This document shows positions 17,194 through 26,801 of a stretch of 32,000 nt of DNA, piece after piece. Every line of letters starts with the position of its first letter. The first letter of the stretch is position 1. Source of the stretch: Desulfocapsa sulfexigens DSM 10523 (GTDB taxonomy: Bacteria > Desulfobacterota > Desulfobulbia > Desulfobulbales > Desulfocapsaceae); assembly GCF_000341395.1 (NCBI RefSeq), contig NC_020304.1, positions 2,220,001-2,252,000 of the forward strand, given 5' to 3'. Made by a program: the position numbers and the translations under genes. The notes beneath the pieces are model-generated. The model worked only from the letters and a program-made list of their open reading frames with translations, did not search any database and was not told the DNA's origin.

Positions 17194-18279
17194 ATGAATG
17201 ATATTTCCCCTCCATATAAACTCGTTATTGTTCTTCAGGATCTGGAATTCGGTGGTACCCAGCGGTATGCTATAAACCTTTTGCAATATATAGACAGAAG
17301 TTTGTTTGACCCGGAACTCTGGGTGCTTCGGGGTGGTATGGATATGGCCCCACTTGCCAAACAGACAGGAGTTCAGATACGATGGTTCTCAAAAGGCAGC
17401 AGAGTTACCCCATTAGCTCTGTATCATTTTTTTCGATGTCTTGCTCGTAACAGACCTACTATTCTCTATCCTTTGACAGTTGTTCCTAATATCTGGGCAA
17501 GAATTTTTGGGACCCTTTTGAGGGTGCCGGTACTTATTTCGAGTTATCGGAATTTATATGCAAACCAGTATGAACGTCTGCTTTGGCCTTTGTCCACTCA
17601 TATTATCTGCAACGCAGAGGCAATACGAGAAAAACTGGTAAAAAAGCACAGAGTGAAAAGGAGTAGGATTTCAGTCGTTTCCAATGGCGTGGATACAGAG
17701 TTCTTTGTTCCCGACTCTGCAAAACAATCAATTCCTTTGACAATTCTGTACGCCGGACGGCTGGTTTATCAGAAAGATCCTCTGACTTTGCTTAAGGCCT
17801 TTGTGCGTATTAAAGAGGCAAGACCCGAGGTAAGGTTGCTGGTAGTGGGTAATGGAGATTTGCGTTGTGAACTTCTGCAATTTATCAAACATCATTCCCT
17901 TGAAGAACATGTTTCTTTGATCGGGGGGACAGTGGATATCAAAAAGTATATGCAGAAAGCCAGGATCTTTCTTCTTTCCTCTCTTTATGAAGGATCGCCA
18001 AATATACTTATTGAAGCTATGGCTTGTGGTTTGCCGGTAGTTGCCACTCGAACAAGTGGAATCCCAGAGCTCATTGAGCACGGGAGGAATGGTTATCTGG
18101 TTTTACCTGGTGATTCAAAAACTATGGCTAAACAGGCAATTCATCTCCTTTCTGATAGTCATTTATGGGAAACTATGTCAACACAGGCACGAATCAAGGT
18201 GCTTACAAACCATAAACTGAAAGAATGTGTTCGACTGACGGAAAAGATCTTGCTGGCTCATCTCCCTGAACAGAAATGA
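17194..18279 (+). CDS. Glycosyltransferase family 4
   Basis: LEFGGTQRY N-lobe and SSLYEGSPNILIEAMACGLPVVATRTSGIPELIEHGRNGYLV. I prefer the ATG at 17194 over the TTG at 17182. Confidence 0.85.
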   Translation: MNDISPPYKLVIVLQDLEFGGTQRYAINLLQYIDRSLFDPELWVLRGGMDMAPLAKQTGVQIRWFSKGSRVTPLALYHFFRCLARNRPTILYPLTVVPNIWARIFGTLLRVPVLISSYRNLYANQYERLLWPLSTHIICNAEAIREKLVKKHRVKRSRISVVSNGVDTEFFVPDSAKQSIPLTILYAGRLVYQKDPLTLLKAFVRIKEARPEVRLLVVGNGDLRCELLQFIKHHSLEEHVSLIGGTVDIKKYMQKARIFLLSSLYEGSPNILIEAMACGLPVVATRTSGIPELIEHGRNGYLVLPGDSKTMAKQAIHLLSDSHLWETMSTQARIKVLTNHKLKECVRLTEKILLAHLPEQK

Positions 18280-18306
18280 CAATAAATTCTGCTGAAAAAC
18301 TGAGGT

Positions 18307-19770
18307 TTATGGCTCATTTGTTTGGGCGTCAGACCTTTGTTCACGCCAGACCAATAGAAAGTAAACGGATAATGCCAATGTACCTGAGACATAATAATTA
18401 ACTGGTAGGAAAAGTATAAAAAGAACTATCGTTCCCAGCCAGTAAAGAGATGTGTTTTTATAGTCTGCCACATCAAAAAAGCGGATTCTTTTCTGTAAAG
18501 TGGCGATAAGGATGATTGACAATATGATCCTGCTGCCCAGAAGAGAGAGGACACCTCCCAGCGGACCTGTATCGGCTATAAGGAGAGGGCCAAGTACGAT
18601 ACTGCATAAAACTGGTATCGTAAGGAATATAAGCAATTGTTTTTCTAGCCTCATTGCTAACAGGCTATAAATAATAAAATTATTTATAAAAGAGAAAAAT
18701 GCGGCAGCACCAAAAAATGGAACGAGAGCTTCAGAAACAGAGTAGTTTTCCCCATATATGATGAAGGCAATCTTACCTCCAAAAACAGCGAGGAGAACGG
18801 CGAGACCACTCCCTAACAGTACGATTTTTTTGAAGAAAGACCGGATTACTTCTCGAAAATGCTCTTTGTTTTTGTCGGAAAATGCGCTGACGAGTTGCGG
18901 AAAGAGCACCGCACCGATGACAAGATGAGCTATGGCTCCACAGATTGATCCCGTTATGTCGGAGGCAACTTTATAAATCGCAACATCGTTGAAGGTGTGA
19001 TATTGCCGAATCCAAAAAATCTGGATTTCATTATAGAATGTTCCAAGGAAACTCACGCCGGAGATAAGTGCCAATGAAATCAGTTCGTTTTTCTTGAATG
19101 GGAATTCAGTATTTTTTTTCAGGGAAAAGTAACATAGCCTTCGGGCACCAAATATTGCTGTGCTTAATTTTAGACCACCACTTAGTAGGAAGAGTAGGGA
19201 AAAGAAAAGAATATCCAAATGGAGAAAAAGGCATACTGCTCCATAGGAAAATGCAATAATATTGGGGACTGTCCGACAGATGCCTTCATTAATGTTTTTT
19301 CCTTCTGCTCGGAAAAGATTGAAAAATGTATCGGCCATCCCTTCAAAACATTGGCTAAGTAAGAGGATAGAGATAATGGTAATCTGCTGAAGAGGCCACT
19401 GCTTGATAAAGAGTGCGAAAGTGAGAAAAATAAATATGGATCCTCCAGAAATGAGGACCTTCATTAGGGCCATTTGTCTCAGTAAGGGGCCCGTGCCACT
19501 CTTGGATGCGGATAGTTCCCGAAGGGTGTATTGATCCAGGCCCATGCTTTGCAGTGAACGGAGTAGCGTAACAATACTTAACCCAAGAACGATTAGGCCG
19601 TAACCGGACTGGTCGATACGGGCAAGCCAGATAAAGAGAAGGGAAAGTAAGGCATCCTGTACAGACTTACTACCGATAAGTGCCAAGGAACGAAAGATGA
19701 TGGTGCGGAAGGATAAAACCTGCTGAGGCGATTTATTGTCAGCAGGTGACATGCTATCTCTTTGTCTCAT
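18307..19770 (-). CDS. MOP-superfamily polysaccharide/oligosaccharide flippase (Wzx-like)
   Basis: About 12-14 TM segments. The N-terminal pattern ...ALIGSKSVQDALLSLLFIWLAR...GYGLIVLGLSIVTLL is typical of polysaccharide biosynthesis (Wzx/RfbX) proteins. The start is ambiguous: TTG 19785, ATG 19770 or ATG 19752. Confidence 0.75.
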   Translation of the reverse strand: MRQRDSMSPADNKSPQQVLSFRTIIFRSLALIGSKSVQDALLSLLFIWLARIDQSGYGLIVLGLSIVTLLRSLQSMGLDQYTLRELSASKSGTGPLLRQMALMKVLISGGSIFIFLTFALFIKQWPLQQITIISILLLSQCFEGMADTFFNLFRAEGKNINEGICRTVPNIIAFSYGAVCLFLHLDILFFSLLFLLSGGLKLSTAIFGARRLCYFSLKKNTEFPFKKNELISLALISGVSFLGTFYNEIQIFWIRQYHTFNDVAIYKVASDITGSICGAIAHLVIGAVLFPQLVSAFSDKNKEHFREVIRSFFKKIVLLGSGLAVLLAVFGGKIAFIIYGENYSVSEALVPFFGAAAFFSFINNFIIYSLLAMRLEKQLLIFLTIPVLCSIVLGPLLIADTGPLGGVLSLLGSRIILSIILIATLQKRIRFFDVADYKNTSLYWLGTIVLFILFLPVNYYVSGTLALSVYFLLVWREQRSDAQTNEP

Positions 19771-19880
19771 TGCAGATGATTCCAATTGCTAACGATTTTT
19801 GTCAGTAGCTAAATCGTACACGAAATTTTTTGACGAATGGGTCTTTGAGTAGCAAAGGAACACATCACTCTGATATAGGG

Positions 19881-20816
19881 TTATCTCGTCAGCTGTTTAT
19901 ATTCTATTCGACCTTTAAATCCTGGACGTAATTCGAATTTATTGTTTTTTATAGTCATCTCTATCTGGTAGTAAGACGGAAGGTCTGGATCAGGGATGGC
20001 TGGGGCCCAGCTAATGGACGTAATTGTTGCAGGAAATTGTCTTTTTGGGAGAGAATCTGGAAAAAAAGTTACTTTGTCGCCAATATTGAGGTGAATAACA
20101 TCTCTTTCATAGACGAGGGAGTGTATCAGCATGGTATCCATGGTTCCAATTTGGGCGATGATTGTTCCCTCGGGGAGTAAACTGTTTTCTCTGAGAAGTG
20201 GATGGAGTGAAAGGACCATTCCAGAGATAGGAGATTTTAATTTTACAATCTCAGGGATTTGGCCAGATATGATGGTGTCGTCTCCAAGCACTTTTCTCAC
20301 ACTCTTGAGTGCCTTGTCTGCGAAATTATCGGCGTAGGTGAATCGTTTCGTGAGAATTGATACGTAAGCACGGGTCAAGCGCAGCTCTGTTTGTAATGCC
20401 TCCAATGTATATTGGGGGGAGAGTTTCTCGGCTGTTAAACGTTTGAGTTCTTTTTCCGTTCGTTCAAGTCGGATGATGTTTTGTTTTTCCAGCTCGAGAT
20501 GGCGTCTTATGTCATCAAGTTCGTTGAAGAGAAGTTCTCTTCCAAGTTGGATCGCCCGGCTTTCTTCCAAAGTATATTGAGCAATTGTTTCACCTTCTTC
20601 AACCGACTGCCCGGGGATGATCCTGATATCTGTGAAGGTCCCGGTAAAAGGCATGGGGACTGCTCTGCTCAGTGAACAGGAAACTTTTCCCTCAAAAACG
20701 AGGATGGAATTATTCGGGATTTCTTTTGCCTGCTTTTCGTCAACTTCGTTGGCAAAAGAAGAGCTAAAGAACAAACAAGTGACAAGTAAGCAAGTGAAAC
20801 GGATTAGATTATTCAT
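19881..20816 (-). CDS. HlyD/MacA/DevB-type periplasmic adaptor (membrane fusion protein)
   Basis: N-terminal signal-like segment, a lipoyl-like GQSVEEGETIAQY, a coiled-coil stretch (ELEKQNIIRLERTEKELKRL) and beta-barrel-like GDKVTFFPDSLP. It overlaps the upstream gene by 8 nt. Confidence 0.8.
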   Translation of the reverse strand: MNNLIRFTCLLVTCLFFSSSFANEVDEKQAKEIPNNSILVFEGKVSCSLSRAVPMPFTGTFTDIRIIPGQSVEEGETIAQYTLEESRAIQLGRELLFNELDDIRRHLELEKQNIIRLERTEKELKRLTAEKLSPQYTLEALQTELRLTRAYVSILTKRFTYADNFADKALKSVRKVLGDDTIISGQIPEIVKLKSPISGMVLSLHPLLRENSLLPEGTIIAQIGTMDTMLIHSLVYERDVIHLNIGDKVTFFPDSLPKRQFPATITSISWAPAIPDPDLPSYYQIEMTIKNNKFELRPGFKGRIEYKQLTR

Positions 20817-22134
20817 AGGGAATATCTGCTAAAGAAATGTTGAAAGTATCTTTTAGAAGCTGTCCAGAGAGGTGCCGAAGTTTAAGGGTTGCCTTATTTA
20901 AAGAGAATTGCTTTTGGATCGTATCTAATGATTTCCTGTGTAATGCAATTTGGTGATCGATAAGTTCAGGAAGTTCAATTGTCCCTCTTGCATAGTCAAT
21001 TTCCCTTTTTTTCATCTGTATATTATTGAGTTTCTCAATTGATTGAGACAAAGCATATGCGGATTTAGCAGATGAATATTGCTGTGTGGCCTTCAGCCAT
21101 TCCAGGGAATCGTTGTTTTCGATTTCTTTCTTTTCAAAATCCATTTGTCGAAGAACCATTTTCTGCCTGGTAATATCCCGGGATCGTTTATTCCCATCCC
21201 AGAGGGTAAGGCTCATGCCGGCATATAAAAAGTATTCCTGGTCATCATTGACACTTACATTCAAAACATCGGGGCTACGAAAACCTATTGAGAAATCAGG
21301 TAGAAATTTGGAATAGGCAAGTGTTATATTTTTTTGTTGTAGAATCCCTTTTATTTGCATGATTTGTTGTTCAATTGAATCCTTTGGTTGGGGGGAACTT
21401 TGTGGGGTGGAGAGGGGGGAATTGCCAAGAATTTGTTTGAGTACCTGCGGGGCGTCAAGATCAAATACTGTAGGATCCGGTAAATTCATTGAAATACACA
21501 GGCCATTGAGTAGTGCATCACGTTTTATCGCATTACCTTCGTATTCCGCAGCAATAAAGGCATTTCTTTGTTCCTCAAATTCTATTTCAAGATCTGTAGT
21601 CAGGCCACTCTCGTACCGTTGTTTAGCATAATGCAGCCTTTTTTGAGAAAGGTCCACTATCTGTTTGTAATGGCTTTCATTTTGGTCGGTCACAAAAAGC
21701 TGTAAAAACGTGTCCGCTAATTTATACAAGGCTTGAGCAGTCGCCTGTACATGTTTGAGCATGACGATATGGGTAATTAGTTTTCTTGCCTGCAGAGTGT
21801 AATAGGGTTCCCAAGGCCTGTAATTTGCGGCGTTAAATGAAATTGTGGCTTCATCTTCTGAAAAATAATAATAACTGGAGAGCGATAGAGTGGGAACATA
21901 GGACCAGCGACTGTCATCCTCGTCAAGATGTCTGATATCTATTTCTATTTTACTTCTTTGTAGTTGTGGTATCCTTTTCACGCCGGTTACTGCACATGTC
22001 TGGAAATCAGTTATTTTTTCAGGGATGGTAGTATCTGGTCCATCCGTTTCTGCTGCTTGAACAGTTGGTGTGTGAAGGAGCAGGTAGGGATAAATTATGA
22101 GTAACAGTATGTATGATAGATGTTGTCGGGTCAT
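20809..22134 (-). CDS. TolC-family outer membrane efflux channel
   Basis: Signal peptide ...LLLHTPTVQA. Two repeated helix-rich halves with Y/L-rich OEP-like segments. The size (441 aa) and operon position with the MFP and ABC genes also fit. Confidence 0.75.
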   Translation of the reverse strand: MTRQHLSYILLLIIYPYLLLHTPTVQAAETDGPDTTIPEKITDFQTCAVTGVKRIPQLQRSKIEIDIRHLDEDDSRWSYVPTLSLSSYYYFSEDEATISFNAANYRPWEPYYTLQARKLITHIVMLKHVQATAQALYKLADTFLQLFVTDQNESHYKQIVDLSQKRLHYAKQRYESGLTTDLEIEFEEQRNAFIAAEYEGNAIKRDALLNGLCISMNLPDPTVFDLDAPQVLKQILGNSPLSTPQSSPQPKDSIEQQIMQIKGILQQKNITLAYSKFLPDFSIGFRSPDVLNVSVNDDQEYFLYAGMSLTLWDGNKRSRDITRQKMVLRQMDFEKKEIENNDSLEWLKATQQYSSAKSAYALSQSIEKLNNIQMKKREIDYARGTIELPELIDHQIALHRKSLDTIQKQFSLNKATLKLRHLSGQLLKDTFNISLADIPYE

Positions 22135-22186
22135 CTGACTTTCCCAAAAAAAAGTAAATATTTAAACATGGTGAGCATGCTTCCAG

Positions 22187-22885
22187 TTACTTTTCTGAAA
22201 GCAGTTCTCCATTTTCTATGTGTAAGACCTGGTCGCACTTTTCAGCAACGTTTTGATCGTGAGTAACTAAAATCATGGCTGTATCGGTAGATGATGCAAT
22301 GGATCTGAAACATTCCATAATTTGCTGTGAATTATCAGAATCGAGTTGGCCAGTTGGTTCATCGGCGAGAATAACTGCAGGTTTGTTGACTATTGCTCTG
22401 GCAATGGCAACTCGTTGTCTTTCTCCACCGGAAAGTTTGTTGGATGAATGATGCATGCGATGAGTCAGGTTGACCTGCTCAAGAACCTGATGAATTCTTT
22501 CTGGTCGGAGTGATGGCTTGCTTTTAGCGTAAATAAGAGGGTATTCAATGTTTTCATATACAGTTGAGTGTTCAAACATATCGGCGCCCTGGAGCACAAA
22601 CCCAATATGCTCTCTGCGGAATTGTGCCTGATGCCCCCGACTAAGCTCAAGGATGTTTGTATCGTTAACGAGATATTTTCCGGTGGTGGGTGAAAGGAAC
22701 AGTCCGAGAATAAAAAGAAGTGTTGACTTCCCTGAACCGGATGGCCCCATTATGGCTACCATCTCATTTCTTAACACAGTCATGTCTATTTTGCGAAGGA
22801 CAGAGACGTCCTTTCCTTGAGTCTGGTAAGATTTGGTTATTCCCTGAAGGTCGATAAGATTACTTGTTTTTTGTTGTTTACTCAT
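22187..22885 (-). CDS. ABC transporter ATPase, MacB/LolD/DevA type
   Basis: Walker [10 protein letters not shown], signature [14 protein letters not shown], Walker [12 protein letters not shown] and an H-loop VTHD. Confidence 0.9.
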   Translation of the reverse strand: MSKQQKTSNLIDLQGITKSYQTQGKDVSVLRKIDMTVLRNEMVAIMGPSGSGKSTLLFILGLFLSPTTGKYLVNDTNILELSRGHQAQFRREHIGFVLQGADMFEHSTVYENIEYPLIYAKSKPSLRPERIHQVLEQVNLTHRMHHSSNKLSGGERQRVAIARAIVNKPAVILADEPTGQLDSDNSQQIMECFRSIASSTDTAMILVTHDQNVAEKCDQVLHIENGELLSEK

Positions 22886-24071
22886 ATCTAAGAGCAGTAA
22901 CCACTTCCATTCTACTGGCTTTTATGGCTGGCGCAAGACCGGCTACTATGCCAAGAATAAGAGAAAATGAAAAGCCAATGCCAGTACTCAGCCAGAAGAG
23001 ATTTTTTGGAGGAGAATTATGGAGGATTGAAGCTGTGAATGTTACCCCTGTCCATCCTAACATAAATCCGATAAAAGTTGCACCAATGCTCAGCATAAGA
23101 GACTCTGCAAGAAACTGAAAGAGAATATCGTGGTCTTCAGCACCGATTGCCTTTTTCAAGCCGATTTCCCGGGTTCTTGAGCGGACGGCCATCATCATGA
23201 TATTCCATATCCCTATTCCACCAAGCACAAAAGTGGCAATCAGGGCAAGCTGGACAAAAATTTTGACTCCAAAAGAAATGGCTTTAATTCTGGCCAAAAG
23301 TTCTTCAGGGAGAAAAATTTCTATTTCATCGTTCGGTTGATATTTTTTTACTACGAGAGGTATTTTATTTATCGTATCCTCTATATCATCCCAGGAGTAG
23401 CAACGGATGTAGAGTTTATTTACTGGACTTATTGAATTGATCCTGTCTTGGGCTGTAGTTATCGGCAAAAAGATAGTGCGGGCTTTATCAGGCATGCTCA
23501 TGGCGTCAAGAACGCCAATAACTTTAAACGGGGTGTTGTTAATAGTGATAAATTGGTCTATGGGATCCAGGTGGTTGAAAATTTCATGGGCAGTTCTCTG
23601 CCCCAAAATGCATACAGGCCTACGTTGCTGCAGATCTTTTTCAGAAAATAAGATACCAGCTTGAGTGGATGAACCATGTACTTTCCAGAATGATTCATCA
23701 ACACCGAGCATTTGAAAATAACCAATGGTATCCAGGTGTGAGATTTTGACAAAGTCATTCCTGGTGACAATACTGCTGACTTGATCGACCCCTGGAATGG
23801 CTTTTATCCCGTCGATGCTGTTCTGCTTGAATTCTCTTTTGTCTGTGCGAGGATCGAGAGTGGGGATATGTTTGAAGAGAATTCTGATACGGGTGGCGTT
23901 CCCTATAATTTCAAGGTCGTGGCTGATGTTTTCCTCTATTGACCTTCCCATGGTAATCATAATAATAAATCCAGCAGTTCCAAGGATGATTGTAACGATC
24001 ACGCCAATATTTTTGCGGTATTGTCGCAACACTTGCCGACTACTTATTCGGATGAGGTCGGTGGTTCTCAT
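22878..24071 (-). CDS. ABC transporter permease, MacB/FtsX/DevC type with a periplasmic domain
   Basis: One N-terminal TM, a ~230-aa extracytoplasmic domain, then a 3-TM FtsX-like C-terminus (REIGLKKAIGAEDHDILFQFLAESL...[17 protein letters not shown]). It overlaps the ATPase start by 8 nt. Confidence 0.85.
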   Translation of the reverse strand: MRTTDLIRISSRQVLRQYRKNIGVIVTIILGTAGFIIMITMGRSIEENISHDLEIIGNATRIRILFKHIPTLDPRTDKREFKQNSIDGIKAIPGVDQVSSIVTRNDFVKISHLDTIGYFQMLGVDESFWKVHGSSTQAGILFSEKDLQQRRPVCILGQRTAHEIFNHLDPIDQFITINNTPFKVIGVLDAMSMPDKARTIFLPITTAQDRINSISPVNKLYIRCYSWDDIEDTINKIPLVVKKYQPNDEIEIFLPEELLARIKAISFGVKIFVQLALIATFVLGGIGIWNIMMMAVRSRTREIGLKKAIGAEDHDILFQFLAESLMLSIGATFIGFMLGWTGVTFTASILHNSPPKNLFWLSTGIGFSFSLILGIVAGLAPAIKASRMEVVTALRYE

Positions 24072-24836
24072 TGTTTGCAGAACAACATATCGTTATTTGT
24101 CTTCAATTTGAGTGCCTTAGCGCTGTTCCTGAAATACTGTATTAACTAAAAAGAGCCTCTCCAAAAGCTACTTCTGGAGAAGAGTGCTGATTCGATTTAA
24201 TTCTGCTGTCATAAAAAATGTGCTGTGAATTGAAATAGTAGTACAAAATGGGTTGAATAAACAGTAGGTTATTCTATTATTTATGTTGTCAAACAGCAAG
24301 AGAAAAAATGTTTAGATACGGACGAAAACAGGAGACATGGTAATGGTGGGGAAAAAAGAGTCTTTTTACCAGCTCTGCCAGGAATGAATGTGAGAACACT
24401 GTTTGAAATCTTAGCAAGAGATGGAAATAGAATTGGTATGCAACATTTTTACAGAACCTTTTGAGTCATGATGATAATTTTGTCTCCCAAAGTTATTACT
24501 TATGTACGTTTCCGAATCATTTTCATTGGTTAATGTGCATACAGCGATCACATGTTCCCAGGAGTACGTGATGGTGAGATCAATAACGGATTAGCTGAAA
24601 CCATATAAAATAATTGACTTTTGTGTCAAAATCATTGTAGTGGTTGTTATGGATTGCCAGTGTGTGGATCTGTGTGAGCTACTTGAAGATACAAAGGGGA
24701 GACTTTCCTTTTTTCTATGCTGGAAATTTGGTTGCCGAGGGGCGATAGTCGGTAACAAATTGATCTCTCTCAAAAAAAATATACATTTAGAATGCCAAGC
24801 AATCACCTATCGCTGTATCCGTAATCAGGGCAGACA
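24072..24836. promoter_or_regulatory. 765-bp noncoding divergent control region between the exporter operon (minus) and the GT2 operon (plus)
   Basis: This is the longest noncoding stretch in the window. It holds only short overlapping track ORFs without coding features. Confidence 0.4.
24721..24736 (+). promoter_or_regulatory. Candidate sigma-54 (-24/-12) promoter-like element
   Basis: TGGAAATTTGGTTGCC has TGG-N8-TTGC, the spacing of the TGGCAC-N5-TTGC consensus, about 100 nt upstream of the ATG at 24837. This is a core-only match and no enhancer-binding protein gene is in the window. Confidence 0.2.
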
Positions 24837-25850
24837 ATGACACGTGAACACCTCGCTGAATCTATACCTAAACTCTCAGTTGTCATACCGGCCTACAATG
24901 AAGATGCTAATATAGCTCAGCTTTATGTAGAGCTTAAGCAGGTCCTGACTGAGATGGACATGTCCTGGGAAATCATCTTTGCCGACGATGGGAGCACAGA
25001 TAGCAGTTGGGATACAATAACATCTCTCCATGAAAAGGATAAGCGGGTAAAAGGTGTTCGGTTATCCCGTAATTTTGGACATCAGTATGCACTCTTTGCC
25101 GGCTTGTCACAAGCGCGTGGGAAAGCTGTTGTTTCAATGGATGCCGACTTACAACATCCTCCTCAGTTGATCCCTGAGCTTGTCAAGAAATGGAGAGAAG
25201 GACATCAGATTGTTCACACAGTCCGCATAGATCCCGACGGTATCTCTCTTTTTAAAAAAACAACTTCCAGGCTGTATTACAGAATTTTTTCATTTTGCAG
25301 CGGTGTTAGAATCGAGCCGGGAATGGCTGATTTTCGGTTATTAGACCGTGAGGTTTTAGACCGTATACTGCAATTTCGGGAAGCAGGCCTTTTTTTACGT
25401 GGCATTGTTCAATGGGTGGGGTATTCAAGTTCCACCGTTACATTTCAATCAGCGACTCGGTTCAGTGGATCCAGTCACTATTCTATAAAAAAAATGCTGA
25501 GTTTTGGGTGGGATGGTATCAGTTCTTTTTCCATTATTCCTTTACGGTTTGCAACGCTAATTGGTTTTCTGACGAGTGGCCTCGCATTTTCTGGAATTGT
25601 TTATGCATTTTATTCCAAGTTCATCTCTGGCACGGCCATTCCTGGATGGGCTTCTTCAATGGCCATTCTTTCTTTTCTATTGGGCGTTCTCTTTATTCTT
25701 ATCGGTTTAATAGGAGAATATATCGGGCGCATACTTATTGAGGTCATGCAGAGGCCTCGGTATCTTATCTGGGAGAAAATCGGAACAGACTCTCATTCAA
25801 CGATTGGCTTGAAGTGTACTGAGCAGTCTGAATTTACGGTTGAACAATGA
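24837..25850 (+). CDS. GT2 polyprenyl-phosphate sugar transferase (ArnC/GtrB/DPM1-like)
   Basis: LSVVIPAYNEDANI, IIFADDGSTDSS and LSRNFGHQYALFAGLSQARGKAVVSMDADLQHPPQLIPELV, plus two C-terminal TM helices. Confidence 0.85.
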   Translation: MTREHLAESIPKLSVVIPAYNEDANIAQLYVELKQVLTEMDMSWEIIFADDGSTDSSWDTITSLHEKDKRVKGVRLSRNFGHQYALFAGLSQARGKAVVSMDADLQHPPQLIPELVKKWREGHQIVHTVRIDPDGISLFKKTTSRLYYRIFSFCSGVRIEPGMADFRLLDREVLDRILQFREAGLFLRGIVQWVGYSSSTVTFQSATRFSGSSHYSIKKMLSFGWDGISSFSIIPLRFATLIGFLTSGLAFSGIVYAFYSKFISGTAIPGWASSMAILSFLLGVLFILIGLIGEYIGRILIEVMQRPRYLIWEKIGTDSHSTIGLKCTEQSEFTVEQ

Positions 25851-25863
25851 TAGCATTCTTGCC

Positions 25864-26730
25864 ATGGGCCGCCTGATTATTCATGCTGACGATTTTGGAT
25901 TAACTGAGAAAGTAAACGCAGGAATCCTAAAAGCCCATCTGGAAGGGATTCTTACGTCGACATCAATAATGGCTACCGCTTCAGCGTTTTCAGAGGCTAT
26001 TAAGATATGCCAGAGAGTGCCGACACTGGATACTGGGGTTCATTTGACCCTTGTGGGGGAGAAGTCGATCCTCAGTCAGGATGTGATAAGAAGTTTAGTC
26101 AACAAAGAGGGCAGATTTCATGCTCATGCTATGCAATTTGTTCAAAGATATTATTGCGGGCGGATATCGTTGGATGAGGTGTACCGCGAGCTTGACGCGC
26201 AAATTCTAAAAGTTTTGAATACCGGGATCGAGATCAGTCACCTGGACAGTCACCAACATTTGCATATACTACCCCACATCCTAAGTATCACGGTCGAACT
26301 GGCAAAAAAATACAAGATTACAGCAATACGATTTCCCTTTGAAAAATTCAGTTTTACAATGCTCAAGGAGCTACCACTGTTGCCAAGGATCATACAGTTG
26401 TTGGTTCTTAATACTTTCTGCTATTTAGGACGTAATATGGAAGTTTTGCGAACGGACCGTTTTTTTGGGTTTCTGCATGGTGGCAACTTGACTAAGGATA
26501 CCTTGTCAAAAATTATTGAAACATTCCCTCAAAATGGAACTTGGGAGTTGATGTGCCATCCTGGAATGGAAGATCCAGAATCATCTTATGGCATATGGGG
26601 ATACCACTGGCAGGAAGAGCTGGATGCATTGCTCGATTCAGATATTACAAATATTTTGAATCGAAAGGGAATCTCTCTTATATCTTACCGTGACTTGGCT
26701 CAGGGGCAGCCAACACCGCAGATTGGATAG
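25864..26730 (+). CDS. YdjC/ChbG-family carbohydrate deacetylase
   Basis: LIIHADDFGLTEKVNAGILKAHLEGILTSTSIMA and HLDSHQHLH metal-binding motifs. I prefer the ATG at 25864. The TTG at 25840, overlapping the upstream gene, is an alternative. Confidence 0.85.
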   Translation: MGRLIIHADDFGLTEKVNAGILKAHLEGILTSTSIMATASAFSEAIKICQRVPTLDTGVHLTLVGEKSILSQDVIRSLVNKEGRFHAHAMQFVQRYYCGRISLDEVYRELDAQILKVLNTGIEISHLDSHQHLHILPHILSITVELAKKYKITAIRFPFEKFSFTMLKELPLLPRIIQLLVLNTFCYLGRNMEVLRTDRFFGFLHGGNLTKDTLSKIIETFPQNGTWELMCHPGMEDPESSYGIWGYHWQEELDALLDSDITNILNRKGISLISYRDLAQGQPTPQIG

Positions 26731-26801
26731 TTTGTTGGTACAATAGTACTCAAGCCAACCCAAAACAAGAGTTTGAAAAATGTAAATCTTATAAGGACGA
26801 T

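Noticed and set aside
24591-24840. Two mutually overlapping small ORFs (24591..24806 - and 24640..24840 +) in the 765-bp gap
   Set aside because: They overlap each other on opposite strands, lack SD sequences and have odd Cys/Arg-rich composition. I treated them as noncoding, although a small protein cannot be excluded without expression data.
24837-26730. Reading the GT2 + YdjC pair as strict HpnI/HpnK hopanoid headgroup enzymes
   Set aside because: The GT2 has the ArnC/GtrB-type SRNFG and DADLQ-x-PP signature with two C-terminal TMs, and a GT-C-like gene follows directly. This fits the polyprenyl-phosphate (Lgm/Nax) route better. No squalene-hopene cyclase or other hpn genes are in the window. 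I kept it only as a secondary analogy for the radical SAM gene.
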